A DNA stretch of 64,000 nucleotides, from NCBI RefSeq assembly GCF_003918875.1, contig NW_025766814.1, positions 1,178,001 to 1,242,000 on the forward strand, in the 5' to 3' direction. The notes under the pieces were generated by a model. It worked only from the letters and a program-made list of their open reading frames with translations. It did no database searches and was not told where the DNA came from. How positions within the stretch are numbered: the first letter of the stretch is position 1; each line of letters starts with the position of its first letter. Of this stretch, positions 11,779-25,787 are shown in pieces. This DNA comes from Haliotis rubra (taxonomy: Eukaryota). Position numbers and translations under genes: made by a program.

Positions 11779-12191
11779 ATCCTCTCGTGTTTTGTGTATC
11801 ACTTCTAAATGCCGTTCAAAGGCTTAGCTGACGTTTAGAGTGTAACTTGCATTCAATATTGCCCAAAGTAGTACTACATTCCTTATTGTGAAAGGCTAGT
11901 TGATCTGCGTGTCATTCAGTTTGAAAGGCTTACTTTTCAAGATCTGTCTCTCTCTGACAGCGCCCAAAATGTTTGATGTTTATTGGAACACTCGGATAAA
12001 TGATCAGATAGCTAGAATCCATTTGTTACTTTGCAATGAATTACTCGTATATTCTCAATTTTGTGGGAGTCAATTCTCATTTTGGGGAGTCGAAGAGAAT
12101 CATGCTTCAGGTGTCTCTCTTTCTCCCAGACTGTTCCTCACTGTCTTTCATTTCCCTCTCAAACCTCCTTTTTATCCCCGGTCACATGCAT

Positions 12192-12210
12192 TCTCTCTCC
12201 CTCCCCCCCC

Positions 12211-12248
<38 letters not shown>
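12192..12248. repeat. (CT)n-(CA)n compound microsatellite
   Basis: Directly visible. Confidence 0.9.
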
Positions 12249-13349
12249 GTAATTGATACATACACATACACGCACATCTCTTCTCCAGCTTCCTATCTTT
12301 CACTGAGCACAGTGACACATATCCCTTGCATCAATTCATACTGCCCAATCCAGTTATCGCATGTACACTGAAGTTACAGCTATGATTTGATTGACATTAC
12401 TCGACGCTAGGATCTCTCCGTTTATGGACATAACTACTTGGTATGTACCTTCTGTGTATCCGTGTATGACAAACACAGCACACCATTAGTTGATAGTTTC
12501 TGATTATACGTTGATAAGAGACTGAACTTCGAAATCCGGCGACAAGGAGCACATGAACTAAGTCAGGAGGAACACGGGGGAACATTTGACCAGCGAACAC
12601 CTTTAAGACATTTCTCCTGCTGTGAATGAGTGAAAGAATACCATTTATACCTCTTTGAGTAATTTTCCAGGAACATCACTGTAGGGAACGAAGAATGAGG
12701 TGGACAAATGATTGTTCCATGGACAGACTCGAACCCAGCTCTTACAAGATTTCAAAGAGCAAGGGCTGTAACAACTAGGTTATTCCACGGACCCACTATA
12801 ATTGTACTGATACATGACATGTGGCTGAAGATGTGCTCACATCCTGCCATGCCTGCCACGACAGATTATCGACCGTGAATAAATTCTTAGTTTTATTGAC
12901 CACAAAGGGGTTCGTGTTTTGAAAGGTCCACGTATCTGAGCGTTTATAGCGTTTATTCAATATCTATAGGACCGACTGTCCACTTGGGAGGATCAAGGCT
13001 TGTCAGATATGTGATAATGCATCGTCCATGGTCGATGCTCGACCTTTGGTTTACCCGTACCGAGTCCTGGCAGATTTATTTGCACGCAAATGCCGTGAAA
13101 CGATTTTATTCACTGTATGATGGTGACGTCTGGGATTTATATTCCTCGGCCGTTGATACCAAAATTAATTCGTTTTAACGTGACAGGTGTTCGTGAAGAA
13201 ATAACGTATAAATCCACCCTAGTTTGAGTTGAGTTAGAGTTGGATAAACAATAATTGCCATGAACGATTAGGAGGGTTACAGAAACAGGGGACAGTTGGA
13301 CTGGAAACAAACAAGCTTGACTACTTTGTACAACCAACCAGTCAACACA

Positions 13350-13548
13350 TTGATTGATTGATAGTTGTTTAACGCCACACTCAGCAATATTCCATATGTA
13401 TTGCGGCGGTTTGTAAATAATCGAATTTGGACCATACAATCCAGTGATCAACACTATGATCATCGATCTGCGCCATTGGCATGTGTCAGACCACCTGATT
13501 GGGTTAGTCGTCCCTACGTCAAGATAAGATGAATTCCTGCCACGGGTC
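13350..13548 (-). mobile_element. SINE-B copy (degenerate)
   Basis: Minus strand begins GACCCGTG; matches the family body and shared tail. Confidence 0.8.
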
Positions 13549-13760
13549 AATCAGTAGATACGTAAACAGATGGACACTTTCTTTGAAAGGAAGCTAATAC
13601 CAGTCCTTAAGGGAACGCAACATACCTCAAAACATGCAATATTTTCTTCAGCCAATCAACGCATACTACAACAAATCTGTACAAACCCCAACACATGCTA
13701 CACGCTTTTTGAGTTGTGAGCTAATGCTTCAATAGATGCAACATTCTCTTTAATAGTTTG

Positions 13761-14280
13761 AACAGATTGTAGAACTTCCTTTGACCAGTCAGCCAATACC
13801 CAACAGTTGTAGAACTCCCTTTGACCAGTCAGCCAATACCCAACAGATGTAGAACTCCCTTTGACCAGTCAGCCAATACCCAACAGATGTAGAACTTCCT
13901 TTGACCAGTCAGCCAATACCCAACAGATGTAGAACTTCCTTTGACCAGTCAGCCAATACCCAACAGATGTAGAGCTTCATTTGACCAGTCAGCCAATTCC
14001 CAACAGATGTAGAACTCCTTTTGACCAGTCAGCCAATACCCAACAGATGTAGAACTCCTTTTGACCAGTCAGCCAATACCCAACAGATGTAGAACTCCCT
14101 TTGACCAGTCAGCCAATACCCAACAGATGTAGAACTCCCTTTGACAAGTCAGCCAATACCCAACAGATGTAGAACTCCCTTTGACCAGTCAGCCAATACC
14201 CAACCGATGTAGAACTTCCTTTGACCAGTCAGCCAAAATCCAACAGATATAGAACTTCCTTTGGCCTGTCAGAAATAGTT
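13761..14280. repeat. 40-bp minisatellite (CAACAGATGTAGAACTCCCTTTGACCAGTCAGCCAATACC), ~12-13 copies
   Basis: Exact 40-bp periodicity. Diverged monomers extend to about 13550 and 15230. Confidence 0.95.
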
Positions 14281-14439
14281 CAACGGATGTAGCACTTTCT
14301 TTTGAGTGGGTACTTTGTGGAAGCAAAACATTTTTGACCAGTAAGCCGATATTTTCACAGATACAACACTTTCTTTAACCAGTAAGCCAATACTCAGCAG
14401 ATGTAGCATTGTTTTGCCATGTCAGCAAGAACTTCAATA

Positions 14440-14995
14440 GCACATGTCAGTAGATGCAATAGTCTCTTTTATCTGTGAGCCAATACATCCTCAGATGAAT
14501 CACTTTCTGTGAATAGTTATTGAAATGTCCTATCACCATATGCAATGCTTTCTATTCCCAGTCAGCACATGTCAGTAGATGCAAGAGTTTCTTTTATCTG
14601 TGAGCCAGTACATCCTCAGACGAATCACTTTCTGTGAATAGTTATTGAAATGTCCTATCACCATATGCAATGCTTTCTATTCCCAGTCAGCACATGTCAG
14701 TAGATGCAAGAGTTTCTTTTATCTGTGAGCCAGTACATCCTCAGATGAATCACTTTCTGTAAATAGTTATTGAAATGTCCTATCACCATATGCAATGCTT
14801 TCTATTCCCAGTGAGCACATGTCAATAGATGCAAGAGTCTCTTTTATCTGTGAGCCAATACAGCCTCAGATGAATCACTTTCTGTAAATAGTTATTGAAA
14901 TGTCCTATCACCAAATGCAATGCTTTCTATTCCCAGTCAGCACATGTCAGTAGATGCAAGAGTTTCTTTTATCTGTGAGCCAGTACATCCTCAGA
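14440..14995. repeat. 125-bp tandem repeat (~4.4 copies), trimeric higher-order derivative of the 40-mer
   Basis: CACATGTCA starts at 14441, 14566, 14691, 14816 and 14941. Each unit contains three diverged ~41-bp subunits. Confidence 0.92.
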
Positions 14996-15682
14996 GGCAC
15001 CACTTTCTATGACTAATGATTCAGTACCCCTGCCACCATATCCAATACCTTCTATGCCCAGAAAGCAAATACTTTAGATACGACACCATCTTTAATAAGT
15101 CCACAATACTTCAACAGATACAACACTTTCTTGGACAAGTTAGCCACATTGACCAGATGCAACATTGTCTTTAAAAGGCACATACGACTGTAACCGATAC
15201 AATATCCTGTTTGATCAGTCATCCAGTAGGGTTATCCAAAAACGAGATGCTTCACATTTTCGGGTTAGGCATAGATTTATTGAATTAGAAAGCATTAATA
15301 ATTACAACATTTAAATTATTCACAGAGGTCAACAAAACATCATTAACACAAGGGCTACTGGGACATTTTCCCACAATACATGAACGTGAACATGAATAAT
15401 TTAAATATTATTGAAGCAATAATATAATTACATCTGACAAAATATTAAAACTGTCTTATTCTTATCTTTCTGTAGTTGACTATAGTATTTGTATGCACAG
15501 TGCGGCTCATGTCCTCAATCATTATTGGCAGTAATTCTAATATTATATGGCAATAGAGTCCAAATGGCAAAGAACAGAAATCGCGTTTAACGTCATTATT
15601 GTTTACTGTGAAGAATTCGTGGATCAAGTGTTCTCAGCGTTGTTTACCAATGGATGTTGTATAAGTGAGTGCTTTAAAATTA

Positions 15683-16293
15683 GGGGATAACTGTACTGTG
15701 TTTGACGAATTGGGGACGTATACCGGTGGTTATATAGCCAATTCTAATTCAACTCGTTTTACGCTGTTTTTTCGTGACAGAAATTCATTATTTAAACCAG
15801 GTCAAAGTGTTTCTAGGTCAAAGGTAAATCATATCACTCCTTGAACTTACACCATCGCCATTAAAAGTAGTTCCCTTTCAAACTTCAACACGTTTATTAT
15901 GTGCACACTGACTAATGATGAATAAATTATAGTGTTATAGCTAAAATGGACGGAATTATCATGAAACCGCCCTATAGTTATCAGAAATGAGCGGGCCGCT
16001 GCAAATGATAATAGCCCGGTGATTCCTCAACTACTGGCCACTATCTGTTCTGTTGTCAAATGACGTCACAGCAGGTGACGTCACGCTCCCTAATGACGTC
16101 ATACTTCTTGTTTCATGATCTAACACTGTTGGGTCAACAGCCCGTTGCGAGTAAGTTGTTTGAACTAACAATTAAATTTATGATACTGTTTTGTCTTTTT
16201 TAACACACATTCCATCCATTTTAGCGGAATAGGGGAGTTAAACTGACCCAGGGCTTCTGCAAATGACAATGCCCGAAAAAACAGCGTTACCCC
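15683..16293. mobile_element. Non-autonomous DNA element with asymmetric inverted repeats
   Basis: ACGCTGTTTTTTCG (15761-15774) follows a decayed palindrome, and its exact inverse CGAAAAAACAGCGT (16274-16287) lies at the far end. Internal TGACGTCA clusters. Confidence 0.5.
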
Positions 16294-17689
16294 AATAGTG
16301 TAAGGGTACATTCAAAGGTTTTGGTGAATAGGTTTTCAAATTGCGACCGTATATGCTGATTATACGGTCAGAAATTTATAGCATTGATCAATCAGAAGTC
16401 GTGCCACATACTAAGTTGAATTAGAATTCAAGTTTATGTATATGAACAACCATTTATGTCTCTTAAGTGTTGGTTTAAACTGTCATCGCATTGTAATAGT
16501 TCTAAATATTATGACATTAACTATTTTTGTGTTTTTTCTTCATTTCCATTTGAGCTTTGAAAGACATCTCTCCAAGAACATTGTGTTCTTCCACAATGAC
16601 CATAAAATATTTGATTGACCATCTAATCCGTAAAACTGAATAAACACAACAATGTGCAAGTTAATGAGTAAAAGTACATGGCATATGGTGAAGGTTTGTG
16701 TTTGAAAACGTTCACCTGCTGCAGGAGTGATTGATGACTGGGGCGCCCCTGTCGTTTGGAATAGGCCATCGATAATGTCTGCTAAAATGTCCCCACCAGC
16801 CAGGATCTAAGGTCTTGAAATAATGGGAATACATAATCCATAACCAACCATCCCCGAGCGCCAGTTTTAATCATGTTTTGTTTAACGAGCTCGGTGCTTC
16901 CGGGTACAGCGTTTAATGAATATTATGCTGCAATAAGTACCCTGGATCCTACATGCATATCCCGCTAAGAATAATGCATGTTGAAAACCTGTTCTTAGTC
17001 CTAGCCATGTTATCCATGCAGCTGCAGGTGGGTTGACAAGGCAGCACAAATGACCAGCCCGAAGAACAAGATCACTTAATCAGAAAATGGCAGCTTAGTC
17101 AATTTGGGGAATTCATTCATAACTGCCACAAAGATAACAATATTAATGTTCAGGTTTTCATTTTCTATAAGACATAGCTGCTGTAGCGTTAGATGATTGT
17201 TGAAAAATAATTGATGCATCTTGAAGTCAGTGTTTTTATCTGTGTCTCGAGACGTGACTCAGTCATACATAAAAATTAATGTGTTTGACTCTGCACTCGA
17301 CATTGATGTAGCATAAATATCGGAGACGTACGTGAATTCGGTAGTAAACGTATTTCAATACTCCAAAAACACATCAAAGGAAATTATGGCAATTTCATTG
17401 GAGTGAATTGGAGGGCATCATATTTCGGCCACTAATCAAAGGCTTTCCTTGTTTCCTTGCCCTGATTGGCACATCGATAACGCTATAAGCCCATCGTTGA
17501 ATGTTACACCAATAACAGTATCGGATCGTTAAACGAAGGGGCATCTTAACAGGTTATCTTGTTATGCGTTTATCAGAAGCAAACAAAATGAACTTGGATG
17601 AACCTTGACACAATTACCTAACGTACTGACGGAAAACGCGTATATTCACATATATATTTGTGGCATGTGTTCAAACGAAGAAATAACTC

Positions 17690-19760
17690 CCTTAACACAA
17701 TGGATACTACTTTGTAAGAAAACACTTTTTGCATGTGGAGCTGACATAAAAACATTCTGTGAGTACAGATGTGACGAATATTGTATACGCCCTCAGCGTT
17801 TAATTTGTGCAACCTATAGGCCATATTCATGAAGAATGTAGCACTATGTTGATAATGTTAATACCGAGCTTGCTCCGAGTCGGTTCAGCATGTGTACCAT
17901 ATGCACGCATCAACCACGTATTAAGACGAACATTTCTTCTTCTTCCTCAGACGAGCATACTGAGATATAATGCCCAACAAGAAGCCACATCCCTGACAAA
18001 TCAATATATTTCTATCATAGAAGCGTGTGTTGAGTGTGCTCTGGGAAATAACCCTCGGAAGTATTGTACCTCCTTTTTTCTGCGTACAAAGAACTGTTTT
18101 TATCTAATGATTAGGATAACCACATGTTTGGTACACTAGTTACTGCCGTCTTGAGCGAGGACTCATGCACACACACACACACAAGAAAGCAGATTGTAAA
18201 CCCGTGTCGAATTCTGACAAGGCGTTGCGTTGAAACGGAATTCCCAACAGAGTTATCCCCCTTGTATTACCCAACACGTGGCTGTAGTCTAATATTTAAA
18301 GAAGTCAAATCATTAATGTAAAGTTAATTTTAATTCAACAACAAGCGAATGTTAAATTACCCTTCCCCTCGAGTTTAATACTTTCAAATTGAGATAACTG
18401 TCAACGTAAGATCCAATATTTACATTAGCATGTACGCCTTATGGCGGTGAACAGAGCAGTGACCGTATAAAACTGAAGCTTGTTCTTAATAGATATATTG
18501 TGGAGAGAATACAGAAGATCGATTTCAAGCTTGTCTGACCGTCGGAATAAGCGGTCTCCATATAGCCCATACTCGCTGTCTGTACAGCGAGAGAGAGTGA
18601 CACATCTGACTTCTTGGTTGTAACTTCAATTATCAAGCTTCCCCGTCTCGTTCAACCAAACAAGGATTTGAAGAAGCACGTCGTTCTTACATCTGGCACA
18701 GAGACAACAATAATTGCCAGGAATTCCTCAAAACAATGGTTCGTCAGCTAACAGCGGTTCTAGAGACCGCAGAATACAAGATGCGTCAGACAGCCACGGT
18801 CGAATTGATCAAGTGTTCCCTGAACCCATATTGAAATATTGACAAAGCGGCACCAAACTATATCCTACATGTCTCCCATCTGAGTTCTTAATCATATTTG
18901 TAGAAGCTCCTGTGTAAAAAACCTCGATCCTGTATTTCTGGTATATAGGCCTGGCTGTCCAGTCTCCGCGATAGCTCTTGTACATGATCTGCAATGAGCC
19001 AATTGCGTTAACTCACCCCACTCCTAATCATGCAACCTGTTTACATTGTAATGTTTGTAAAAGTTCCAGCAGTGGGTAAGATATGTGCACACAATCGTAT
19101 GCAGCAGGTTACGCATCAGCGGTGACTGGACACAGACATGTGCTTAAGACACGAGACGTTACTCAAGAAGGCACTAAAAACAACCGACCTTAAGGCATGT
19201 ACTCACCTCTGGTCTTCTATCGCTTGTTTCTAGTAAAGTCCAATATAAGAACATCCAAGAATCTCAAAAGCAATAGTGTTGAGAGTACTGTTGAATAGTA
19301 GCAGCACCACGATGGAATCAAGTTGGCTTTTGTAGTGATCACGACGAAGGTTTAACGATCTTTGTTATGTGCCACCACGTGAGTGATCGATCTCGCATCC
19401 ATTGAGGAACCCATCAACAAACAGAAGGGCGTGTAAACGAGAGGTGCACGAAAGTTTGTGCAGTCGGCGCTGGGCGTAACACTAGGCAGTAGCTACAGTC
19501 ACATATGTGATACTGCGCAGAGCCTAAGCATGATACTTGTAGAGAGACAGGGCAATCTTGTGTACTCCACGCCGCTCAGGATAAGTGGCAATACACATTT
19601 CTATGCTCATGAGCTTGCCTGGCGCCTTCTCGACCATGTGGTTCAACGAAAGATTTTCTATCATATTCTTGGAATTATAAATCGGAGAAGATGATCAACA
19701 AAGCTTCAGCGTATGGTCCATAATGTTTGCTGAAGGTTTTGATTCCAGTTCGTGTCATCG
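17690..19760 (+). mobile_element. Decayed Gypsy/Ty3-like LTR-retrotransposon pol relic
   Basis: Motifs occur in pol order: TLFACGAD (protease-like), PILA...DTSD (RNase H start), TCLHCNVCK (integrase CxxC), FCSDHD, HQQTEGRV and DTAQSLSMILVERQGNL (integrase core-like). Numerous stops; no LTRs seen. Confidence 0.5.
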
Positions 19761-22700
19761 AGGAATCGGAAGTGGTACGCCTGGAGAGGTATGTTGGCTC
19801 TATATTCAACCTCGCAACTCTTACATGCATTTTTTCTCTTTCTTTGCCTTGTCAAGCCGTATTTGCAAATTCATGAGGCGTTCTTTCATAGATTAATAGA
19901 AGGAAATGGGGCGAATATAAAATCGAAGGAAACTGTTTTCAAAAATACCGCACCTCGATGTATGGAAACGTGAAGAGGCCATTTATAACCCAGCTAACGT
20001 TTCAGGCTTAACGACCTTTGATATCAGAATGAATGTTTTGACATATGGTATTAATTGTCCGCGTCTGTATTTTGTTTCCAGACATTTTAAATTTATCCCT
20101 TTGTGTTTTGACCTTCGAAATAACATTACCGTCGAGGTATCTGTGATCCAGACTAATGGCTTACCATGACATAAAATGAACGACACTTGGCAATCTATTC
20201 GGTATGAAGTGATGACTACATAGTGTTCATCATCAGCTATATACATTGCATATTAAGCGATTTGCTAACGTAAAACTGAATACGTTTATCATGTCGGTTA
20301 GATCAACTCTAATGTGATTGGATAGATCGGAAGGCTTTAAGGAAGCGACGAGACGATGATATACGCCATTTTGGAATTGTCTACTTCGTGAAGGATATTT
20401 ACCTTCAAATGAAATATTTCGTTCTTTCAGTGTAATGGGCCATATATTTCATATGATTATTAGAGCTTGATTACCGTATACTATGTACATTACAAAATGG
20501 ATACAGTACGTTTACCTTCATTCCCCCTACGTATATGAGGGATATGAATGTTGGTATTTCTATCTTCGCCTCTCTGTTTTTAAAACATAATTTAACATAT
20601 TTGCGTTTGTATTTTAGCCTTAATAGAAATCATGTTTCAATAATGATTGAACTTAACAAAACGCTTGGTTACTAACGTATTTTATATACACACCTGGATA
20701 ATAACACAAGTTCAGAGCATGTACTGGGACATAAATCTAAACGGCAAAGGCAATTAAGAAAACACTGAAAAAGTTAAAGTGAAAACGAAATACGACGCAT
20801 TTTGAGAAATGATTTGAGTTAACATGACACACATTGCAACTCCAAAGCACACTCTATGACACTGACATTGAAAAACGAATTTAAGAGATGACAAAACATA
20901 GGATAACGATGTGTGACACGAGATGAAGTAAGTTAATTGAAGCATGACAAGCTAAATACATCAACGTCGATGCAGTAAGAAAATTAAAAGATATTATGAT
21001 CTCAGTTACAATTGATAGATTAGGAAAACGACGAAAAACATGTACTTGAAATTAGGTATACTGATGCCTTGATCATACTGGTGCATGACATGCCAGGTTA
21101 AAAATGACAGAATCAATAAAGTTTGGAATACAAAAATGAAGAGCCACGTCCCTAATGCAGCAATCAAAACACATTTAGAAAACAATTATTTTTCTGTGAC
21201 AGTTCAAAACGTAAAACGAACTCTTCTTTCACAAATGATTTATAAGAAACCTAATTGTCAGAAGCTGAAACAACGGTCAGATCGCCCTTCTTTGATATCG
21301 GTCAAAGAGGATAAGAAGCCTTGGGAAACTTTCCGCTTTGTCATACCGATGAGACAAAGGATTAGGCACAACGACTTGTAATTGAATACATGAGGACGCT
21401 ATTTTAAGTCCTTCTTTCATAACTGTGTACTGTGGAACGGGACACATCCTTCAAACAGCAGTCACTTACAACGTATTTAGAAATTATAAGAAAGCTATCC
21501 AGAGTACTCAGAGGGCTGGATGAGATAATGTAACTGAAAAGCTAATTAATTTATAGCCTTTGATGAGGCTTTTAGTGTCATGTGCAATTATTAAATATGT
21601 TCTGACGCGAATTACATTACTGTATTTGTGCATAGCAGCGAGTGGTTTCATCCTTGACATTCAGCGTGATATCTCCACTTTGGGAGCTAACTGGATGACA
21701 TGAGTTATTAGTCACGTACAGCCCCCTTAACATCTCAAACATTACTAACAGGAGGCAGCTGTAACAAAGGTCTGGCCGCATGATGGCGCCTCGTTCTTTG
21801 TTTAACTTGAGATGAATAGCTGTAACGTTATTTCCTGACATAATCTATTAACTTACGTAACTACCGTCTGTTTCGTGTATACACGACTGAGAGACATTGT
21901 GAAGACAACGTAATGATGATTCTTGATGAGTGAGTGAGTTTGGTTTAACACATACTTGAGAGTTTCAATTGTTTCAAGGAATGTCAAGGAAACGTAGGAC
22001 GAAAGTGTAGCTTGTCTTAGTCCAGGCTGTACAATTGTACTGAAACGGGTCTTATGTTTACAAACCAAGAAACATAATCACAGTCATGATTCGTAAAGTA
22101 TTGCTGTGTGGACTTATCGGAGAAATTATACATTCTGAGAAGAATCTTGACAATTGTGAGGAAATAACGCTTCATTTTTACATCAAGAGGGATCAGTTAG
22201 ATTCCATTTACTTTCGTTCAGAGTCTAACAACACTGAATACAATATAAGAGTATGATTTATAGTGGTAGCGAGACAGTCGGAAAGCAGCTAAGGCGATCG
22301 ACCCCCTCGGTATAGCATGTATCTGACGTTAAATCGGACAGTCAGCCTCTAGACAGGGAGCTACTTGCACGTCTGCACATAATATTAGGATGGGAATGTA
22401 ACCAAGTACATGCAATTAGATGTTCCTTGCTGAAATCTATGTAATGGGAACAGGAGTAATTTCTACATATTATATACTTCACATTTCCTCATAGAGGCAT
22501 ACACCAAGAAATAATTTCAGCCTGGCAAAGACTAATGCTCCTGGAAAAATGATCCAAGAACAAACACATTTAAAAGCAAGCGCCATCTTGAGGTGACACA
22601 AACATGTCCCATGCGTTCAGGCCCATAACATCAGCTACAGCAAAATATAAATTGGGACGGATGGACAACAGTCTCTTAGAAATAAGGGTAGAATCTGACG

Positions 22701-24049
22701 TAATACACAGGGGATGATTTTAGTGATTGATGTATGAGCACTTCAAGAGATGTATAATGGCACACAGCCCCAAGGTCTGACATATCTATTTGCAGACAGA
22801 CACAAGTATAAAACAGAAGGCCTTAACCACCGTTTGTCTAAACCAGGTCCTATTAACACACTTGTTTCCGGCATGCCCACTGGGTGAAATTAGCTGTGGT
22901 TGCAGCCCTTGAGTTTGACGAATCCGCTTTAATCGAAATGTACCAAGGCTGTAAAAAGTGCCAACTCAGTTCTTTCGCGATATATTGGCAATCGATGTAA
23001 ATGTGTTTAAGAATAGTTTGGGGTGTTGGGGGAAGGCTTGGACGTAGCAGCACGTGGGCCGCTGGGTGGGGGCGATGGGTGGGCGGATTCAGATGGCTGT
23101 AGTGAGGTTAATCAACATTAAAGCTCACGAAAATGACACATTTCCAATTCCCACTTCAGAAACACAAGCAATGGTTGTATCGATTCTCAAATATCGATGT
23201 ACTGTCTGTCAGAGTTTTCATCATCGACGACAACTGGTATTTGCTTCACAACAGATGCCTTGGTCAGCCCATTTTGTAGCAAGAATCCGTAAATCCTTCA
23301 GATTTATCTTCAGCCAGTGATTGGAGTAGTGGAATATTATTTTTCACATTCGCTTTTTTACGACCTTATTTAATTTATTGCAATTTAAAAAGGCTAAATT
23401 GAAGTATCAAGAGTGATTTATTTCACAAGATTGTAAAGTTACGCTCAATTTCATTCGGAACAAACCTTTCTGATTAAACTTCAGAACGAAGACTTGTCGA
23501 CTTAGTTTTTGAGTGCATGTAGGAGCGAGCTTCGCTGTAGCGTAAGCAATTGCTCCAATGTGGATAATGGGATTTTTCCATAGAGTTTCGACGATGGTAT
23601 TGATTTAAATACTGCTCGGGGATTAATCTAATTTTGAGCCCGTGGCAATTTAGAATAGAGAGGAAACGTGATATCGGAAATCTGGACTTTCAAGAAAATA
23701 TTCTTCATGTGTTTTATGTATCTTCAAATATTACAACTATAAAGAGATACTTTATTAGTTCCGTTTTGTTCGAAATATTAAAGAGTCACCTGTTCTGACT
23801 TAAAAGGAATAATCGATTGGTTGATGTTATTTGGAGCCTGTATCCTGCTTATTATTGGCCATTACTTTTATCTAAAGTCTCATCGGAATTATGGGGATGA
23901 CTTTAACTCAGGCTGTTCAGATCTGTTGCAGTGACATAATGACTAATTTAAGCCACCTTTGTCACGTTTGCAAATGCCAGTGACCGAGAAGCTTTTTTTC
24001 ACGTTAAACCTGTCATTAATCACCACGCTATGATTAAACAGACATATCT

Positions 24050-24662
24050 GATGAGGCGGTAAATAACATCAAACTATTCACTTTCTCGTTGGTAGTCGGG
24101 TACGAGGCGGTCAATATCTTCAAATGTTCACTTTCGCCTCGGTTGGCGGATATGGGGCGGTAAATAACGTCAAAATATTCACCTTCTAGTTGGTAGTCGG
24201 GTACGAGGCATTCCATATCATCAAACTTTTCACTTTCTTGTTCGTAGTCGGGTACAAGGCGGTCAATAACATCAACACTATTCACTTTCTCGTCGGTAGT
24301 CGGGTACGATGCATTCCATATCATCAAACTTTTCACTTTCTTGTTCGTAGTCGGGTACAAGGCGGTCAATAACATCAACACTATTCACTTTCTCGTCGGT
24401 AGTCGGGTACGATGCATTCCATATCATCAAACTTTTCACTTTCTTGTTCGTAGTCGGGTACAAGGCGGTCAATAACATCAAACTATTCACCTTCTGGTTA
24501 ATAGTCGGGTACGAGGCTGTCAATAACATGAAACTATTCACGTTCTCGTCGGTAGAGAGGTACGAGGCGGAAATAACATGAAACTATTCACTTTCTCGTT
24601 GGTAGTCGGGTACGAGGCGGTAATAACATCAAACTTTTCACTTTCTCGTTGGTAGTCGGGTA
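24050..24662. repeat. ~51-bp minisatellite (GGTAGTCGGGTACGAGGCGGTCAATAACATCAAACTATTCACTTTCTCGTT), ~12 copies, with internal 103-bp dimer
   Basis: The GTAGTCGGG motif recurs about every 51 bp. Alternating A/B variants occur at 24243/24346/24449 and 24295/24398. Confidence 0.93.
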
Positions 24663-25787
24663 TCCATGTGCGTAAAGCGTCCGCCAGTCTAACCAATGTC
24701 CGGGTTTTGTCGAAAACCTGTGCCAGTTTTGACTTTCCGTCGACACTCACTTATATAGCTGAAATATATTTTAAAGGAAGATGAAACTCACACACTCCGG
24801 TTGAGATCGCTTTCATTTGTTTCATTTAGCTAGTGGTCATTGTGGTCAGATCGTGATGTTTAAAGCTGAATATGAAATATGAGTGGGTATATTTTGATAC
24901 ATTGTACCAAATTCTGGAATCAAACCTGGAATTTCGGGGTGATGGGCACATTACCAGAAAGGACAACAATGAAACGCGGACAACAACGAACATAAAAGAT
25001 ACATATAATGTTTAAATGTCAAGAAGATACGTTATCACACTCACGTTGAACACAACATTTTGTAGTTATCCATACGATCAGAAAATATTGTCAGTGCAAG
25101 ATCCTACGTTGAATATATGCACATTCTTAAACACAAAAACGAAACCATACTGAGTTTTCCATGTGAAGAAGGTTCCTGTCGCTCGTACGCATTCTCGAGG
25201 GAACGTATTGATGGATGACAAGAAACAGGCCGAAGGGTTTGGGAATTTCTTCTTTCAGACACTTTTTTTGATAATATAATTACTAATCCAAATAAGGTTC
25301 CAAAAGATACCACGAGGTCATTTTATATTTGTTATGGCTGGCTCATAAATAATAACATTACCCCCAGGAGGGTTAAACCTTGTAGCACTGGGAAGTGTCG
25401 GTCCTCTGCCAGTATGCAATACCATTGTTTAACATAAAACACTGCCTGAAACAGCGGATATTGTAATGTCATTTAAATGATGGAGAACGTCAACCATAGA
25501 ACACCTCCCTTGAGGACGTCCAGCCTGTCTTGTAGCCATTAGTGTTTTGATATGGTTTTAGTTCTTTTGTGTTTCCCTTGACGGAGATTTTGTGTCGTGG
25601 AAAGGACATTGTCAAGCAATACCTGCATGTAGTGGTAGGCAGAAGGCAGTTTACAGAAGGACATGAAGTGAGTGAGCTGCTCATAACGCCGCTTCAGATA
25701 GTATTCGGTTATAAATATCCTACGCGTCACGTGGGTTGAATGCTATAAGAATTTCCAAAGTGATGCTGGTCTGGCATTGGAATGGTG

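Larger units (their letters stand above)
11365..11822. mobile_element. Penelope-like inverted-pair insertion with two hammerhead motifs, interrupted by a LINE fragment
   Basis: Inverted arms ~11365-11450 and ~11476-11564. The right arm resumes at 11779 and ends ACTTCTAAATGCCGTTCAAA, the same tail as the 8066 and 25788 elements. Confidence 0.8.

Noticed and set aside
18809-18994. RNase H-like 'VFYTGAS' on the minus strand
   Set aside because: Single weak motif; flanking plus-strand motifs fit a Gypsy pol order better.
24034-24750. Repeat-protein CDS
   Set aside because: Frame shifts between repeat units, no splice or start context, and open frames on both strands.
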